Positions 26,471 through 35,042 of a stretch of DNA of 39,696 nt are shown piece after piece. Made by a program: the position numbers and the translations under genes. Under the pieces are notes generated by a model. The model did not search any database. It saw only the letters and a program-made list of their open reading frames with translations, and was not told where the DNA came from. The DNA comes from a virus (taxonomy: Duplodnaviria > Caudoviricetes), in the IMG/VR virus record IMGVR_UViG_3300043596_000015, positions 1-39,696 of that record; one strand, 5' to 3'. Positions within the stretch are counted from its first letter, which is position 1. Every line of letters starts with the position of its first letter.

Positions 26471-26521
26471 ATCGTGCCATCCCGGGTCGGAAGTGTCAAC
26501 AGTGGACACCCGGGATACCCT
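26471..26521. promoter_or_regulatory. Overlapping divergent leaderless promoters
   Basis: Minus strand: TTGACA-17-CACGAT-6 nt-ATG. Plus strand: GTGTCA-17-TACCCT-6 nt-ATG. Confidence 0.65.
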
Positions 26522-26527
26522 GTGGGT

Positions 26528-26716
26528 ATGGATACCCCCAAGAAGTCGCAGCTAGTGGACCGAGGCACCGCCGCCGCTATCACAGGCGTGACGATCCGCA
26601 CCATCAAGAGGTGGGCCATCGCGGGCCGGATCACGCAGCACCGCGACCCCATGAACGGCCGGGTGTGGTTCGACCGGGATGAGCTGGAAGCGGTGCGCAA
26701 GGGCCTCAAGAGTTGA
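26528..26716 (+). CDS. MerR/excisionase-like HTH DNA-binding protein
   Basis: AAAITGVTIRTIKRWAIAGRI...GRVWFDRDEL. Confidence 0.8.
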   Translation: MDTPKKSQLVDRGTAAAITGVTIRTIKRWAIAGRITQHRDPMNGRVWFDRDELEAVRKGLKS

Positions 26717-26741
26717 CCAACTCGTCTTAACCGCATACGTT
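26713..26741 (+). promoter_or_regulatory. Leaderless promoter for the RHH gene
   Basis: TTGACC-17-TACGTT, 7 nt before ATG 26749. Confidence 0.65.
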
Positions 26742-26748
26742 ACTCGGC

Positions 26749-27294
26749 ATGACACGCAACTCACTGGAGCACGGGGAGACACAGCCCCGCACCGTACGAA
26801 TCCCGGAAGGTCTCTGGTCCCGGCTGGAAAGCTGGGCCACGGGACACGATCTGGGGAACTCCGAGGCACTGCGCGAGCTGCTGAGCGCCGGGCTGAACTC
26901 ACCGCCGCCCGTGGTCATCCGGGCCCCACTCGCATGGATGATCAAATCCCAGTCCGTCAAGCGGGGCCACCGCTGCTCCCGGCTCGGACGCTGGGTCCGG
27001 GACGAGTGTTCCGGAGATCTCCAGTGCGAATGGGCCTGGAAGTTCTACCCAGAGGAGTGGTTCCTGGCGCGCATCCCCAGTGGATCGGACTGGTGGTATC
27101 TGGATGACGTGCTGCGCGCCGCTGTCCGGGAGGACGGAGCGGTCATCCCTAAGGGGACCAACCAGCTCTGGCGAGCTGTCCACTACACCGCGCTGGCAGA
27201 CGTACGCTCGGTTTTCCAGGAACGGCCGGACCGCTTGAGGCTGCATGCCCTCACCCCGGCCGTTCCCGTACCGCATGACACACCGAAAGGCTAA
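26749..27294 (+). CDS. Ribbon-helix-helix (Arc-like) protein with C-terminal domain of unknown function
   Basis: RTVRIPEGLW..L...A.....NSEALRELL. Confidence 0.65.
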   Translation: MTRNSLEHGETQPRTVRIPEGLWSRLESWATGHDLGNSEALRELLSAGLNSPPPVVIRAPLAWMIKSQSVKRGHRCSRLGRWVRDECSGDLQCEWAWKFYPEEWFLARIPSGSDWWYLDDVLRAAVREDGAVIPKGTNQLWRAVHYTALADVRSVFQERPDRLRLHALTPAVPVPHDTPKG

Positions 27295-27300
27295 CCCACC

Positions 27301-30300
27301 GTGACACTGAGCGATATCCACAAGGCAGAACTCAACGGCTCCCGCATCACTCAGGAGCTGATCGAGGCGCGCGGCTACCGGACTGTCGAGGTGAGCGAGC
27401 GCGATGAGCTGCGGGAGATGGGCGTCCCCCTCTGGGCAATCCGCTCCGACGATGCGTTCCCCGGCCTGCTGATCCCCATGTACCGGTCCAGCGGGGAGCA
27501 GACCTCCTTCCAATTCAAGCCGGCCGTACCGCAGCTCCCGCCCGGGAAGGACAAGGCGCAGAAGTACGCCTCGGCCACCGGGAAGCCGGCCACGATCGAC
27601 GTCCCGCCGTGCCTCGGGGACTCCATCCGCGACACCAAGCAGGCACTCTGGATCAACGAGGGAGTGAAGAAGGCTGACTGCCTGGCGTCACGCGGCACGG
27701 TCGCGGTCGCTCTCTCCGGTGTGTGGAACTGGCGCAACAAGTCGGGCACCCTCGGAGACTGGGAGGACATCCCACTCAAGGACCGCAACGTCGTCATCTG
27801 CTTCGACTCGGACGCACGCGAAAAGCGTCCCGTCATGCTGGCCATGAAACGACTCGGGGAGTGGCTCAAGTCCAAGGGTGCGGCCACAGTCTTCTACCTC
27901 ATCATCCCGGCCGAGCTGAACGGCGTGCCCGTCAAGGGGGTCGACGACTACTTTGCGGCGGGTGGCGAACGGGACGCCCTGTTTGAAGCGGCCGTCACGC
28001 AGTTGCCCACGGACGGAGCCAAGGATGCCGCGTTCTCCGACTCCTTCCTGACCGACGCGGTCTGTGACGAGCGACTGAGTGGCCGGTTCCTGTGGGCCGC
28101 CGGGCTCGGATGGATGCATTACGACGGGGCCCGGTGGGCCGAGTCCAGCGACGTGGAACTGACAGAGGAGATCCGTCAGTGGGCGATCGACCGCTGGCAG
28201 GCCGTTCTCACCGAACAGCGCAACGACCCCAACCGGGACCTCAAGTCGCAGGTGGAGGGGTGGCGCTCCGTCCTCGGCTCCGGCCGGCTGCGCGCGCTGG
28301 GAGGACTGGCCAAGGGACCGTTGCTCTGTGACCCGGCCAAGTTCGACGCCCACCCCGACTTGCTCAACTGTCCGAACGGGGTGGTGGACCTGCGTACCGG
28401 GGAGTTGATCCCACCGAGCCCTGATCACCTGATGACTAAGATGACCGGCGTCGACTACGTGGCCGGGTGGACCGACCCCGACTTCACGCAGGCGCTGCGG
28501 GCGCTGCCCGAGGACATGCACGACTGGTACCAGCTCCGAATCGGGCAGGCCTTTACCGGCTATATGACGCCCGATGATGTGCTGGTGGTGCAGCAGGGCG
28601 GCGGGGAGAACGGCAAGTCGACGATCAACGTCCCATTGCGTACGGCGGCGGGCTCGTATTTCGTGATGGTGTCTCACCGGGTGCTCACCGGATCGGCCGA
28701 CCAGCACCCGACCGAGCTGATGGACTTCCGTGGCGCCCGCTACGCGATGATGGAGGAGACCCCAGAGGCCCGTCGCCTCGACCCGCAGCACCTGCGGACC
28801 ACGGTCGGCACGCCGGAGATCACGGCCCGCAAAATCCGGCAGGACTCGGTGACGTTCTATGCCACCCACTCCATGTTCGTGAACACGAACTTCAAGCCGC
28901 AGGTGACCGAGTCGGACCACGGAACGTGGCGACGTCTCGCGCTGGTCCGGTTCCCGTACACCTTCCGGAAGTCACAGGAGGACGTCACAGGGCCTCTCGA
29001 CATCCTCGGTGACCCCGAGCTCAGGGAGCGGTGCAAGAGCCCGTCAGTGGCCCGCGCAGCACTGTCGTGGGCCGTGGCCGGGTCGGTGCGCTGGTACGCG
29101 AACAAGTCGGTGTTCGGCATCAAGCCGGAGCGGGTCGAGCACGACACCCGGGAATGGCGCGAGGACGGTGATCAGATCCTCGCTTTCATCGGTGACCGAC
29201 TGGTGTTCGGCGCGGACGAGCAGACCCCGTGCGTGGACCTGCACCGCGAGTTCAACGCGTGGCTCGTCCCGCAGGGAAACAAGGAGTGGTCGGCCGTCCT
29301 GTTCAGCCAGCGGTTCTCGATGCACTCGGAGGTACAGCAACGCCGGGTGGACCGGCACACGGTCAAGATCAATGGGAAGGCCACGAAGGTGTGGCGCCAG
29401 GTCGGTATCGCCCGGGGTGGAAACGGGGACAAAGCAGACCCCTTCGAGGGGCCGGTTACCTCGGTTACTTCTCCGATGGTTAACCGAGAAGTTGAGTCTC
29501 TCCCGAGGGTTAACAATTCGAGAAGTAACCACGGTAACCCGCAGGTCGGACCTGGTGTTTCCGGCGAGAGTCCGGTATGTCCTCCAGAGCAGAGAGCGCT
29601 TTCTACCCCCCTCCCGGAAGAGCCCCACGGCTTCATCCCGTTCGACATCGAGACCGGCAACGCCGATGACCTGTTCGCCACCGACTACGGCACGTTCGTG
29701 AAGCTGGTCGGCGTCGGTGACCACGTGGTGGAGGCGGCAGGAGCGGGCCCGTTGAGCCTGATGGAGCGTCGCCCCCTGGTCGGGGTGAACAACTTCTTCT
29801 TCGACTCGATCGCCATGGACCGCCACCACAACATCCCGGTGGAGCAGACGATCATCGGCGGACGTGATCTGCGCATCGCCGCGTTCCAGAACGACCCGCC
29901 CACCAGCTACCAGACCAGCTCCGGCCCCGGCTTCAAGTCGTACTCGATGGACGCCCTGTCAGAGCGCTACCTTGGCCGGCCGGGCAAGTCCGGACTGGGC
30001 GCAGCCCTCGCCAAGGAGTACGGCGGGTGGGACCACATCCCTGCGAGCGACCCCCGCTACGTCGAGTACCTGCGCGAGGATCTGGCCGTCACGGCAGAGC
30101 TGGACGCGGCCATCCCCTACGACCCCTATGAGGAGCGCGAGGCGCGCGTCTGCGCGGTCACCGCACGGGCCACGCTGAACGGCTTCAAGGTGGACGTGAG
30201 CGGCCTGCACAAGCGCGCTGAGGAGCTCGCCGCCCGCGCCGATGCCGGGCGCACCATGCTCGCGGTCGAGCACGGCTTCCCCCTCACCAACATGGCGGGC

Positions 30301-31371
30301 AAGGAGGCCGCCGCGCCGCAGCGCACCAAGCAGGGCAAGGCGGCGTTCGAGCAGGCGCTGGGAGCCCTCGGCTTCCCTGTCTCCAGTTGGCCGCGCGGGA
30401 AGGACGGGGCGCTGTCCCTGTCCAAGGAGACGATGGCCTATGCGCTGAATCACGCCGAGCAGCACGTCCCCGCCGCCGTGCCGGTCATTGAGGCGGTGCA
30501 GGGCATGAACGGCATCAGGAACAACGCCGCCAATGTGCTGCGCCATGTTCACTCCGGCCGGGTGCACCCGGCGTTCCTGCCGTTCCAGGCGACCGGCCGC
30601 TGGTCGATCCTCGACCCGGGCCTGACCGTCCTCAAGAAGGGCGTGCAGGACAGCGAGCGGTACTTCCTCACCGCCGACGACGATGAGGTCCTGGTCTCGA
30701 TCGACCTCGACCAGATCGACATTCGGTGTGTGGCCGCGCACTCGCAGGACGAGAACCTGATCGCGATCCTGAACGACCCGTCGCGCGACTTCCACTCGGA
30801 GATCTCGGACATGGCGTTCGGCGACCACGAGGGGACGCACCGCCACGCGGCCAAGTCCCTGGACCTCGGATGGCTGTACGGCCGGGGCATCAAGGGCATG
30901 GTGGAGAACACGCCCGGCGTCACGATGGATGCGGCCGCCTCTGTGGACCAGTCCATGCGAAGCCGGTTCGGCCGGGTGCTGAGGTGGCAGTCCGAGGTTC
31001 GCGCGCTGGGAGAGGTCGGCGTACTGCTGGACAACGGGTTCGGCCGGAAGCTGCGCGTCGACCCGGACCGGGCGTATACCCAGTCTCCGGCCATGCTTGG
31101 CCAGTCGACGACCCGCGACCTGATCGCTGAGGGGCTGCTCACCCTGGCCGCCACGGCGCCGGAGATCCTGCCCATGCTGCGGGTCATCGTCCACGACGAG
31201 ATCGTCCTGTCCGTCCCGAAAAAGGACCGGGAGGAGATCGCCCGCATCGCTCAGGCTGCCATGTCCCGCATGTGGGCACCCGCCGGGGCCTCGCGCCCGG
31301 TCAGCATCACGGCCGGTCAGGGCAAGCCGTTCGTGTTCGGTGAGCGCTGGGGTCAGCTCTACGAGAAGTAG
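27301..31371 (+). CDS. Primase-helicase-DNA polymerase A fusion
   Basis: DUF3854/Toprim (EGVKKAD, CFDSD, KGVDDY); D5/P4-type helicase (LNCPNGVVDL, GGENGKST); 3'-5' exonuclease (FDIET, NNFFFD, YLRED); PolA motifs (TGRWS, DLDQIDIR, K....GWLYG, VHDEI). Confidence 0.93.
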   Translation: MTLSDIHKAELNGSRITQELIEARGYRTVEVSERDELREMGVPLWAIRSDDAFPGLLIPMYRSSGEQTSFQFKPAVPQLPPGKDKAQKYASATGKPATIDVPPCLGDSIRDTKQALWINEGVKKADCLASRGTVAVALSGVWNWRNKSGTLGDWEDIPLKDRNVVICFDSDAREKRPVMLAMKRLGEWLKSKGAATVFYLIIPAELNGVPVKGVDDYFAAGGERDALFEAAVTQLPTDGAKDAAFSDSFLTDAVCDERLSGRFLWAAGLGWMHYDGARWAESSDVELTEEIRQWAIDRWQAVLTEQRNDPNRDLKSQVEGWRSVLGSGRLRALGGLAKGPLLCDPAKFDAHPDLLNCPNGVVDLRTGELIPPSPDHLMTKMTGVDYVAGWTDPDFTQALRALPEDMHDWYQLRIGQAFTGYMTPDDVLVVQQGGGENGKSTINVPLRTAAGSYFVMVSHRVLTGSADQHPTELMDFRGARYAMMEETPEARRLDPQHLRTTVGTPEITARKIRQDSVTFYATHSMFVNTNFKPQVTESDHGTWRRLALVRFPYTFRKSQEDVTGPLDILGDPELRERCKSPSVARAALSWAVAGSVRWYANKSVFGIKPERVEHDTREWREDGDQILAFIGDRLVFGADEQTPCVDLHREFNAWLVPQGNKEWSAVLFSQRFSMHSEVQQRRVDRHTVKINGKATKVWRQVGIARGGNGDKADPFEGPVTSVTSPMVNREVESLPRVNNSRSNHGNPQVGPGVSGESPVCPPEQRALSTPLPEEPHGFIPFDIETGNADDLFATDYGTFVKLVGVGDHVVEAAGAGPLSLMERRPLVGVNNFFFDSIAMDRHHNIPVEQTIIGGRDLRIAAFQNDPPTSYQTSSGPGFKSYSMDALSERYLGRPGKSGLGAALAKEYGGWDHIPASDPRYVEYLREDLAVTAELDAAIPYDPYEEREARVCAVTARATLNGFKVDVSGLHKRAEELAARADAGRTMLAVEHGFPLTNMAGKEAAAPQRTKQGKAAFEQALGALGFPVSSWPRGKDGALSLSKETMAYALNHAEQHVPAAVPVIEAVQGMNGIRNNAANVLRHVHSGRVHPAFLPFQATGRWSILDPGLTVLKKGVQDSERYFLTADDDEVLVSIDLDQIDIRCVAAHSQDENLIAILNDPSRDFHSEISDMAFGDHEGTHRHAAKSLDLGWLYGRGIKGMVENTPGVTMDAAASVDQSMRSRFGRVLRWQSEVRALGEVGVLLDNGFGRKLRVDPDRAYTQSPAMLGQSTTRDLIAEGLLTLAATAPEILPMLRVIVHDEIVLSVPKKDREEIARIAQAAMSRMWAPAGASRPVSITAGQGKPFVFGERWGQLYEK
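29452..29539. repeat. Palindromic origin-like element, copy 2 (in the helicase-polymerase linker)
   Basis: Near-identical to 5748-5836. Confidence 0.85.
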
Positions 31372-31413
31372 GGGTTGACGCGATCGCACCACATGGTGTC
31401 TACTAGAGACATC
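31372..31413 (+). promoter_or_regulatory. 42-bp promoter/operator repeat, copy 2
   Basis: GGGTTGACGCGATCGCACCACATGGTGTCTACTAGAGACATC. Confidence 0.85.
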
Positions 31414-31442
31414 GCAAGGGGAACACAACGAAGGGGTACAAA

Positions 31443-31592
31443 ATGACCTACACAATCGCAGCCACGAAGACGCAGGGTAAGTGGGTCGGAACGGCCAACG
31501 GAATCCACGTCACCGAGTGGGTCCGCACCAAGGAAGAGGCGGTCGCCCTGGCCCGCGAGACAGTCACCCGCAACGGCCACTCGGTCGCCTGA
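31443..31592 (+). CDS. 49-aa hypothetical protein
   Basis: MTYTIAATKTQGKWVG...HSVA*, RBS aagggg, followed by a hairpin. Confidence 0.65.
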   Translation: MTYTIAATKTQGKWVGTANGIHVTEWVRTKEEAVALARETVTRNGHSVA

Positions 31593-31603
31593 CCAGCCCC
31601 ACC

Positions 31604-31630
31604 GCCCCGGTCCCCGAAAGGGACCGGGGC
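31604..31630 (+). terminator. Hairpin terminator
   Basis: gccccggtccc-cgaaa-gggaccggggc. Confidence 0.7.
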
Positions 31631-31701
31631 AGCGGCAGTGAAAGATCAAACACCAAACCTAGACAAATTGGGGCATTCAATATGGACCGCAGGGGGACGC
31701 A

Positions 31702-31824
31702 GTGAGCGCATGGAACGTGTTCGTGTACATGTCGGCCGTGGCGGGCGGATGGCTGGTCATCTCGTTCACTGCCGCCGTGACGTGGGTGCTGCTCAAGGCA
31801 GCGGCCCGGACCGGGAAGAAGTGA
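31702..31824 (+). CDS. 40-aa membrane peptide
   Basis: MSAWNVFVYMSAVAGGWLVISF...KK*, TGATG coupling to the resolvase. Confidence 0.5.
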   Translation: MSAWNVFVYMSAVAGGWLVISFTAAVTWVLLKAAARTGKK

Positions 31825-32315
31825 TGGCAGTCCGCAAGGCGAAGAACACGAACCGGCAGGGAGCCAACTTCGAGCTCCAGATCATGGCCCACCTGAAGGA
31901 GCGCGGGTACGACGTACTCCGCTCCTCCGGCAGCCGGGGCAAGATCGACGTGGTCGCGGTTGGGGACGTCCACACCCTGTGGATTCAGGCAAAGGTCTCC
32001 AACCCGCTGATCTCCCCGGCCGAGCGCCGTGCGGTACGCAGCGTGGCGGCGCGGGTCGGCGTCGACGCGCTGCCCCTGGTGTCCTACCGCATCAAGGGCC
32101 AGGTGTGCTTCCGGCTGCTGACCGGAGACGGCCCCAAAGCCTGGGCCCTGTGGGAGGCGCCCGTCCTGGCCAACGCCATGTGTGGCTGCGGCCACCAGAA
32201 CAGCGCCCACGCCCGGGACACCGGGTGCTGGCAGCGCACAGAGAACGACATGAGTTGCGGGTGCCGGGACTTCCGGTTCCCCGTCAAGACCAAGTCCGAG
32301 GGGACAGCATCATGA
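31824..32315 (+). CDS. Hjc-type Holliday junction resolvase with C-terminal Cys/His domain
   Basis: G.NFE....HL...GY.V.RS.GS.G.ID......IQAK. Confidence 0.85.
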   Translation: MAVRKAKNTNRQGANFELQIMAHLKERGYDVLRSSGSRGKIDVVAVGDVHTLWIQAKVSNPLISPAERRAVRSVAARVGVDALPLVSYRIKGQVCFRLLTGDGPKAWALWEAPVLANAMCGCGHQNSAHARDTGCWQRTENDMSCGCRDFRFPVKTKSEGTAS

Positions 32316-32587
32316 AGACCTTCCGAGCCCTGGCCATCGCGGCCGCCATTCTGGCAGGAGTCACCGCATGCGGTGAGCCGGCCGACCCGTACAAGCCCAC
32401 CGCCGCCGAGCAGCACGTGTTCGCCGAGTCGTGGTCGCCCCAGACAGAGAAGGAGAAGAACGACCAGTGCGACGCCGCCCACCTGGTCGGCCGCGAGGGA
32501 CTGGCCGATGCGGCGCGCGCCAAGCTCAAGCGCCCCGAGGCATTCGCCACGCTCCTCATCGCCACGTGCGGACGGGAGGGCCGCTGA
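32312..32587 (+). CDS. Lipoprotein
   Basis: MKTFRALAIAAAILAGVTA|C signal peptide with lipobox. Confidence 0.75.
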   Translation: MKTFRALAIAAAILAGVTACGEPADPYKPTAAEQHVFAESWSPQTEKEKNDQCDAAHLVGREGLADAARAKLKRPEAFATLLIATCGREGR

Positions 32588-32588
32588 C

Positions 32589-33326
32589 ATGGTCGACAAC
32601 GCAGAGAGCTTCTTCAAGTACACCGACGTGGACGGGGACTCGGTCGAGTTCATCTCCGCCACCGACGAGCGCATGACCCTGGGCGTATGGAACGTCAGTC
32701 GACAGCGGCAGATCTCCTGCTACCTCGACCCGGCAGCGGTCAAGGACCTGATCAAGGGTCTCCAGCGGTGGCGCGGCCGGCAGACCGAGCCGTCCGAGCT
32801 CTGGTGCGGTTACGGACACGACCACGGTCGGCACCTGCATACGGCCCACCGCGTGTTGTCGGAATGCCTGGGAGTCCGGGGCGATATCTACTGCGCGGAG
32901 TCAACCCCGGCCCCGGACGGGCCCGAGTGCCTGATCTGCGCCCACCCGGTCACGGATCACAACCCGGCACAGGGGTGCCTCCACCACCCCTGCGCGTGCG
33001 GCAACGCGGAGCGGCCGGAGCCGGTCATCACCTCGATGCACCGTTCGCAGGCGCTCCGGATGGCCGCAGAACTCTGGTCCTCGGTGCCCGTCCCGGTAAC
33101 CACAGCGGGCGTGCTCAACACGGCGGACGAGTTCGCTCACTGGCTCGCGACCGGCGAGCGGCGGCCGGAGCCAATCGCCGTGCCGCAAGACATGACGGTG
33201 ATCGACGGATCGGCCGAGTGCCCGATCTGCCGTCATGAGGCGCACGGAGTCACACACTGCGGAGCACGCTTCCTCATCGTCGGCAAGCGCACCCGATGCG
33301 CCTGCCTGGGGGTGCTCACCGCATGA
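32589..33326 (+). CDS. Hypothetical protein with several Cys/His (zinc-binding) modules
   Basis: ECLICAH...H...C...CAC and ECPICRH..H...C...CAC; RBS ggagg. Confidence 0.65.
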   Translation: MVDNAESFFKYTDVDGDSVEFISATDERMTLGVWNVSRQRQISCYLDPAAVKDLIKGLQRWRGRQTEPSELWCGYGHDHGRHLHTAHRVLSECLGVRGDIYCAESTPAPDGPECLICAHPVTDHNPAQGCLHHPCACGNAERPEPVITSMHRSQALRMAAELWSSVPVPVTTAGVLNTADEFAHWLATGERRPEPIAVPQDMTVIDGSAECPICRHEAHGVTHCGARFLIVGKRTRCACLGVLTA

Positions 33327-34255
33327 AGGCGTGGGGACGCGGCAACGACTGGTTGAAGTGGGTGGCCGCCGGCTTCGCGCTGGTGGCCACCGCCTCGGCC
33401 GAGTACGAACTCGCACGGGCGATCGGCATGAATCAGTTCATCGCCGCTGCCGTGCCCGGCGCACTCGACGCCTACGCCGTGCGTGCACTGCGGTCACACC
33501 GCGAGGTTCTTACGGCCGTGCTCGCCATGGTCGGCGTGAACGCGGCCAGCCACCTGGTCACGGCGGGTGTGCTCCATGTCGACTGGATCCTGATCACGGC
33601 CGTGTCCGCGATCGCGCCGCTGGTGCTCTGGCGTGTCCACGCCCTGAGTACGCCGGGCGAGGCGCGGGAACGGAAGCTGTGGGGGACGACCGAGCACGAG
33701 CACACGAGCACGCCTCCCGTGCCCGAGCACACGGCGGACCCAATCGACTGGGAGGAGGTGTCGCGGCTGGCAAGCACGGCACAGGAAGAGGTCCGGGCAC
33801 AGACCGACGCATGGGGTGACGACTGGAACGAGCACGCCGAAGAGGCCGTGCTTGCGGCACGCTGGGACGTGTGCGAGCACGGGCACGTTCAGTGCGAGGG
33901 GCACGGGGGCACGTGCACGGTCTACACGAGCACGCCCGCTGTGCTTGACGTGGTGGAGATCCCTGACCCCGTGCCCGCCACCGTGCTCCACCTCGTGCCC
34001 AAGCACGTGTCCGTTCCCCCGCTGCCGGACACGTTCCCGGCGAGCACGTTCACGGACACGGTTACCGAGCACGTGCGCACGGGCGTGCTCCTCCCGTCGG
34101 ACACAGCGTTCATGGAGCGTGCCCGCGTGCTCGCAGAACAGACACAGGGCGTGCCCGGCGTGCGCGCCATCAAGACAGAGCTGAGCACAGGCACGGCACG
34201 GGCACAGCGCCTGTGCGCGGCCCTCACCATCGAGCACCAGGGGTGCACCTCATGA
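33323..34255 (+). CDS. DUF2637-like membrane protein with C-terminal HTH (Streptomyces plasmid/AICE spread-type)
   Basis: Four N-terminal TM segments (AEYELA..IG, P.ALD, NAASH, SAIAPL.L...H), low-complexity linker, C-terminal P.VRAIK.EL..G..RAQR. Confidence 0.7.
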   Translation: MKAWGRGNDWLKWVAAGFALVATASAEYELARAIGMNQFIAAAVPGALDAYAVRALRSHREVLTAVLAMVGVNAASHLVTAGVLHVDWILITAVSAIAPLVLWRVHALSTPGEARERKLWGTTEHEHTSTPPVPEHTADPIDWEEVSRLASTAQEEVRAQTDAWGDDWNEHAEEAVLAARWDVCEHGHVQCEGHGGTCTVYTSTPAVLDVVEIPDPVPATVLHLVPKHVSVPPLPDTFPASTFTDTVTEHVRTGVLLPSDTAFMERARVLAEQTQGVPGVRAIKTELSTGTARAQRLCAALTIEHQGCTS

Positions 34256-34431
34256 GCACACTGATCACATTCCTGATGTGGGCCGTGCTCGCCGTGCTCG
34301 CCATTGTCGGGCTCGCGTTCACGGAGAAGCCGGGCAAGCGCGCCGAGTGGATCGTCTGGGGCGTCTCCATCGAGCTGTGCCTGTGGGCATTCCTCGGCTT
34401 CACGTGGGCGCTCGGGTGGTGGACACCGTGA
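34252..34431 (+). CDS. Small two-TM membrane protein
   Basis: MSTLITFLMWAVLAVLAIVG...WWTP*, ATGA coupling. Confidence 0.6.
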   Translation: MSTLITFLMWAVLAVLAIVGLAFTEKPGKRAEWIVWGVSIELCLWAFLGFTWALGWWTP

Positions 34432-35042
34432 GCCCCAAATCGAGCATCCCCATCAACGCCCCCATCACGAGCGGGGAACTCCAGAAGTTTTGGGCTCGGG
34501 TTCGAAAGGAGACGCGTGAGGGTGGTTGCTGGCTCTGGGTGGGGACTATCTCATGTGGTGGATACGGGATGTTTCGGCGCGATCAGCGGAGGCTGCGGGC
34601 GCACAGATTTTCGTATGTCGCTTTCGTTGGGGCAATCCCCGACGAATTGGAGATCGATCACTTGTGCCGGGTCCGTAGCTGTGTGAACCCGGAGCACTTG
34701 GAGCCCGTCACCCCAAGGGAAAATACCCTTCGCGGTGTAGGCCCGTCCGCAATGAATGCCACCAAAGAGAGCTGCCCTGCCGGCCACCCGTATGAGGGCC
34801 AAAACCTCTACGTGTCGCCGGGCGGGGGTCGGCAGTGCAAGACATGTAATCGAAATAATAACCGCGAAAGGAGGGGGTACCTCGGAAATCCCCCCTCAGG
34901 ACAGCGGACACACTGCCCTGCCGGCCACCCGTATGAGGGTCAAAACCTTTGCGTGGAGTCAGGTGGGAAGCGGCGGTGTAGGACATGTCGGCGCGAGAGA
35001 ATGCGAGCCTACCGAGCGGCGAAAAGGGAGGGTCTGTCATGA
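34428..35042 (+). CDS. HNH endonuclease (free-standing, homing type)
   Basis: CWLW.G....GYG.F, AHR.SY, IDHLC....CVNP.HL..V...EN, plus two C..GHPY...NL...C..C repeats. Confidence 0.92.
   Translation: MSPKSSIPINAPITSGELQKFWARVRKETREGGCWLWVGTISCGGYGMFRRDQRRLRAHRFSYVAFVGAIPDELEIDHLCRVRSCVNPEHLEPVTPRENTLRGVGPSAMNATKESCPAGHPYEGQNLYVSPGGGRQCKTCNRNNNRERRGYLGNPPSGQRTHCPAGHPYEGQNLCVESGGKRRCRTCRRERMRAYRAAKREGLS

Noticed and set aside
26528-26716. Excisionase implying a temperate lifestyle
   Set aside because: No tyrosine or serine integrase is recognisable in the complete circle; the MerR-like fold alone is not enough.
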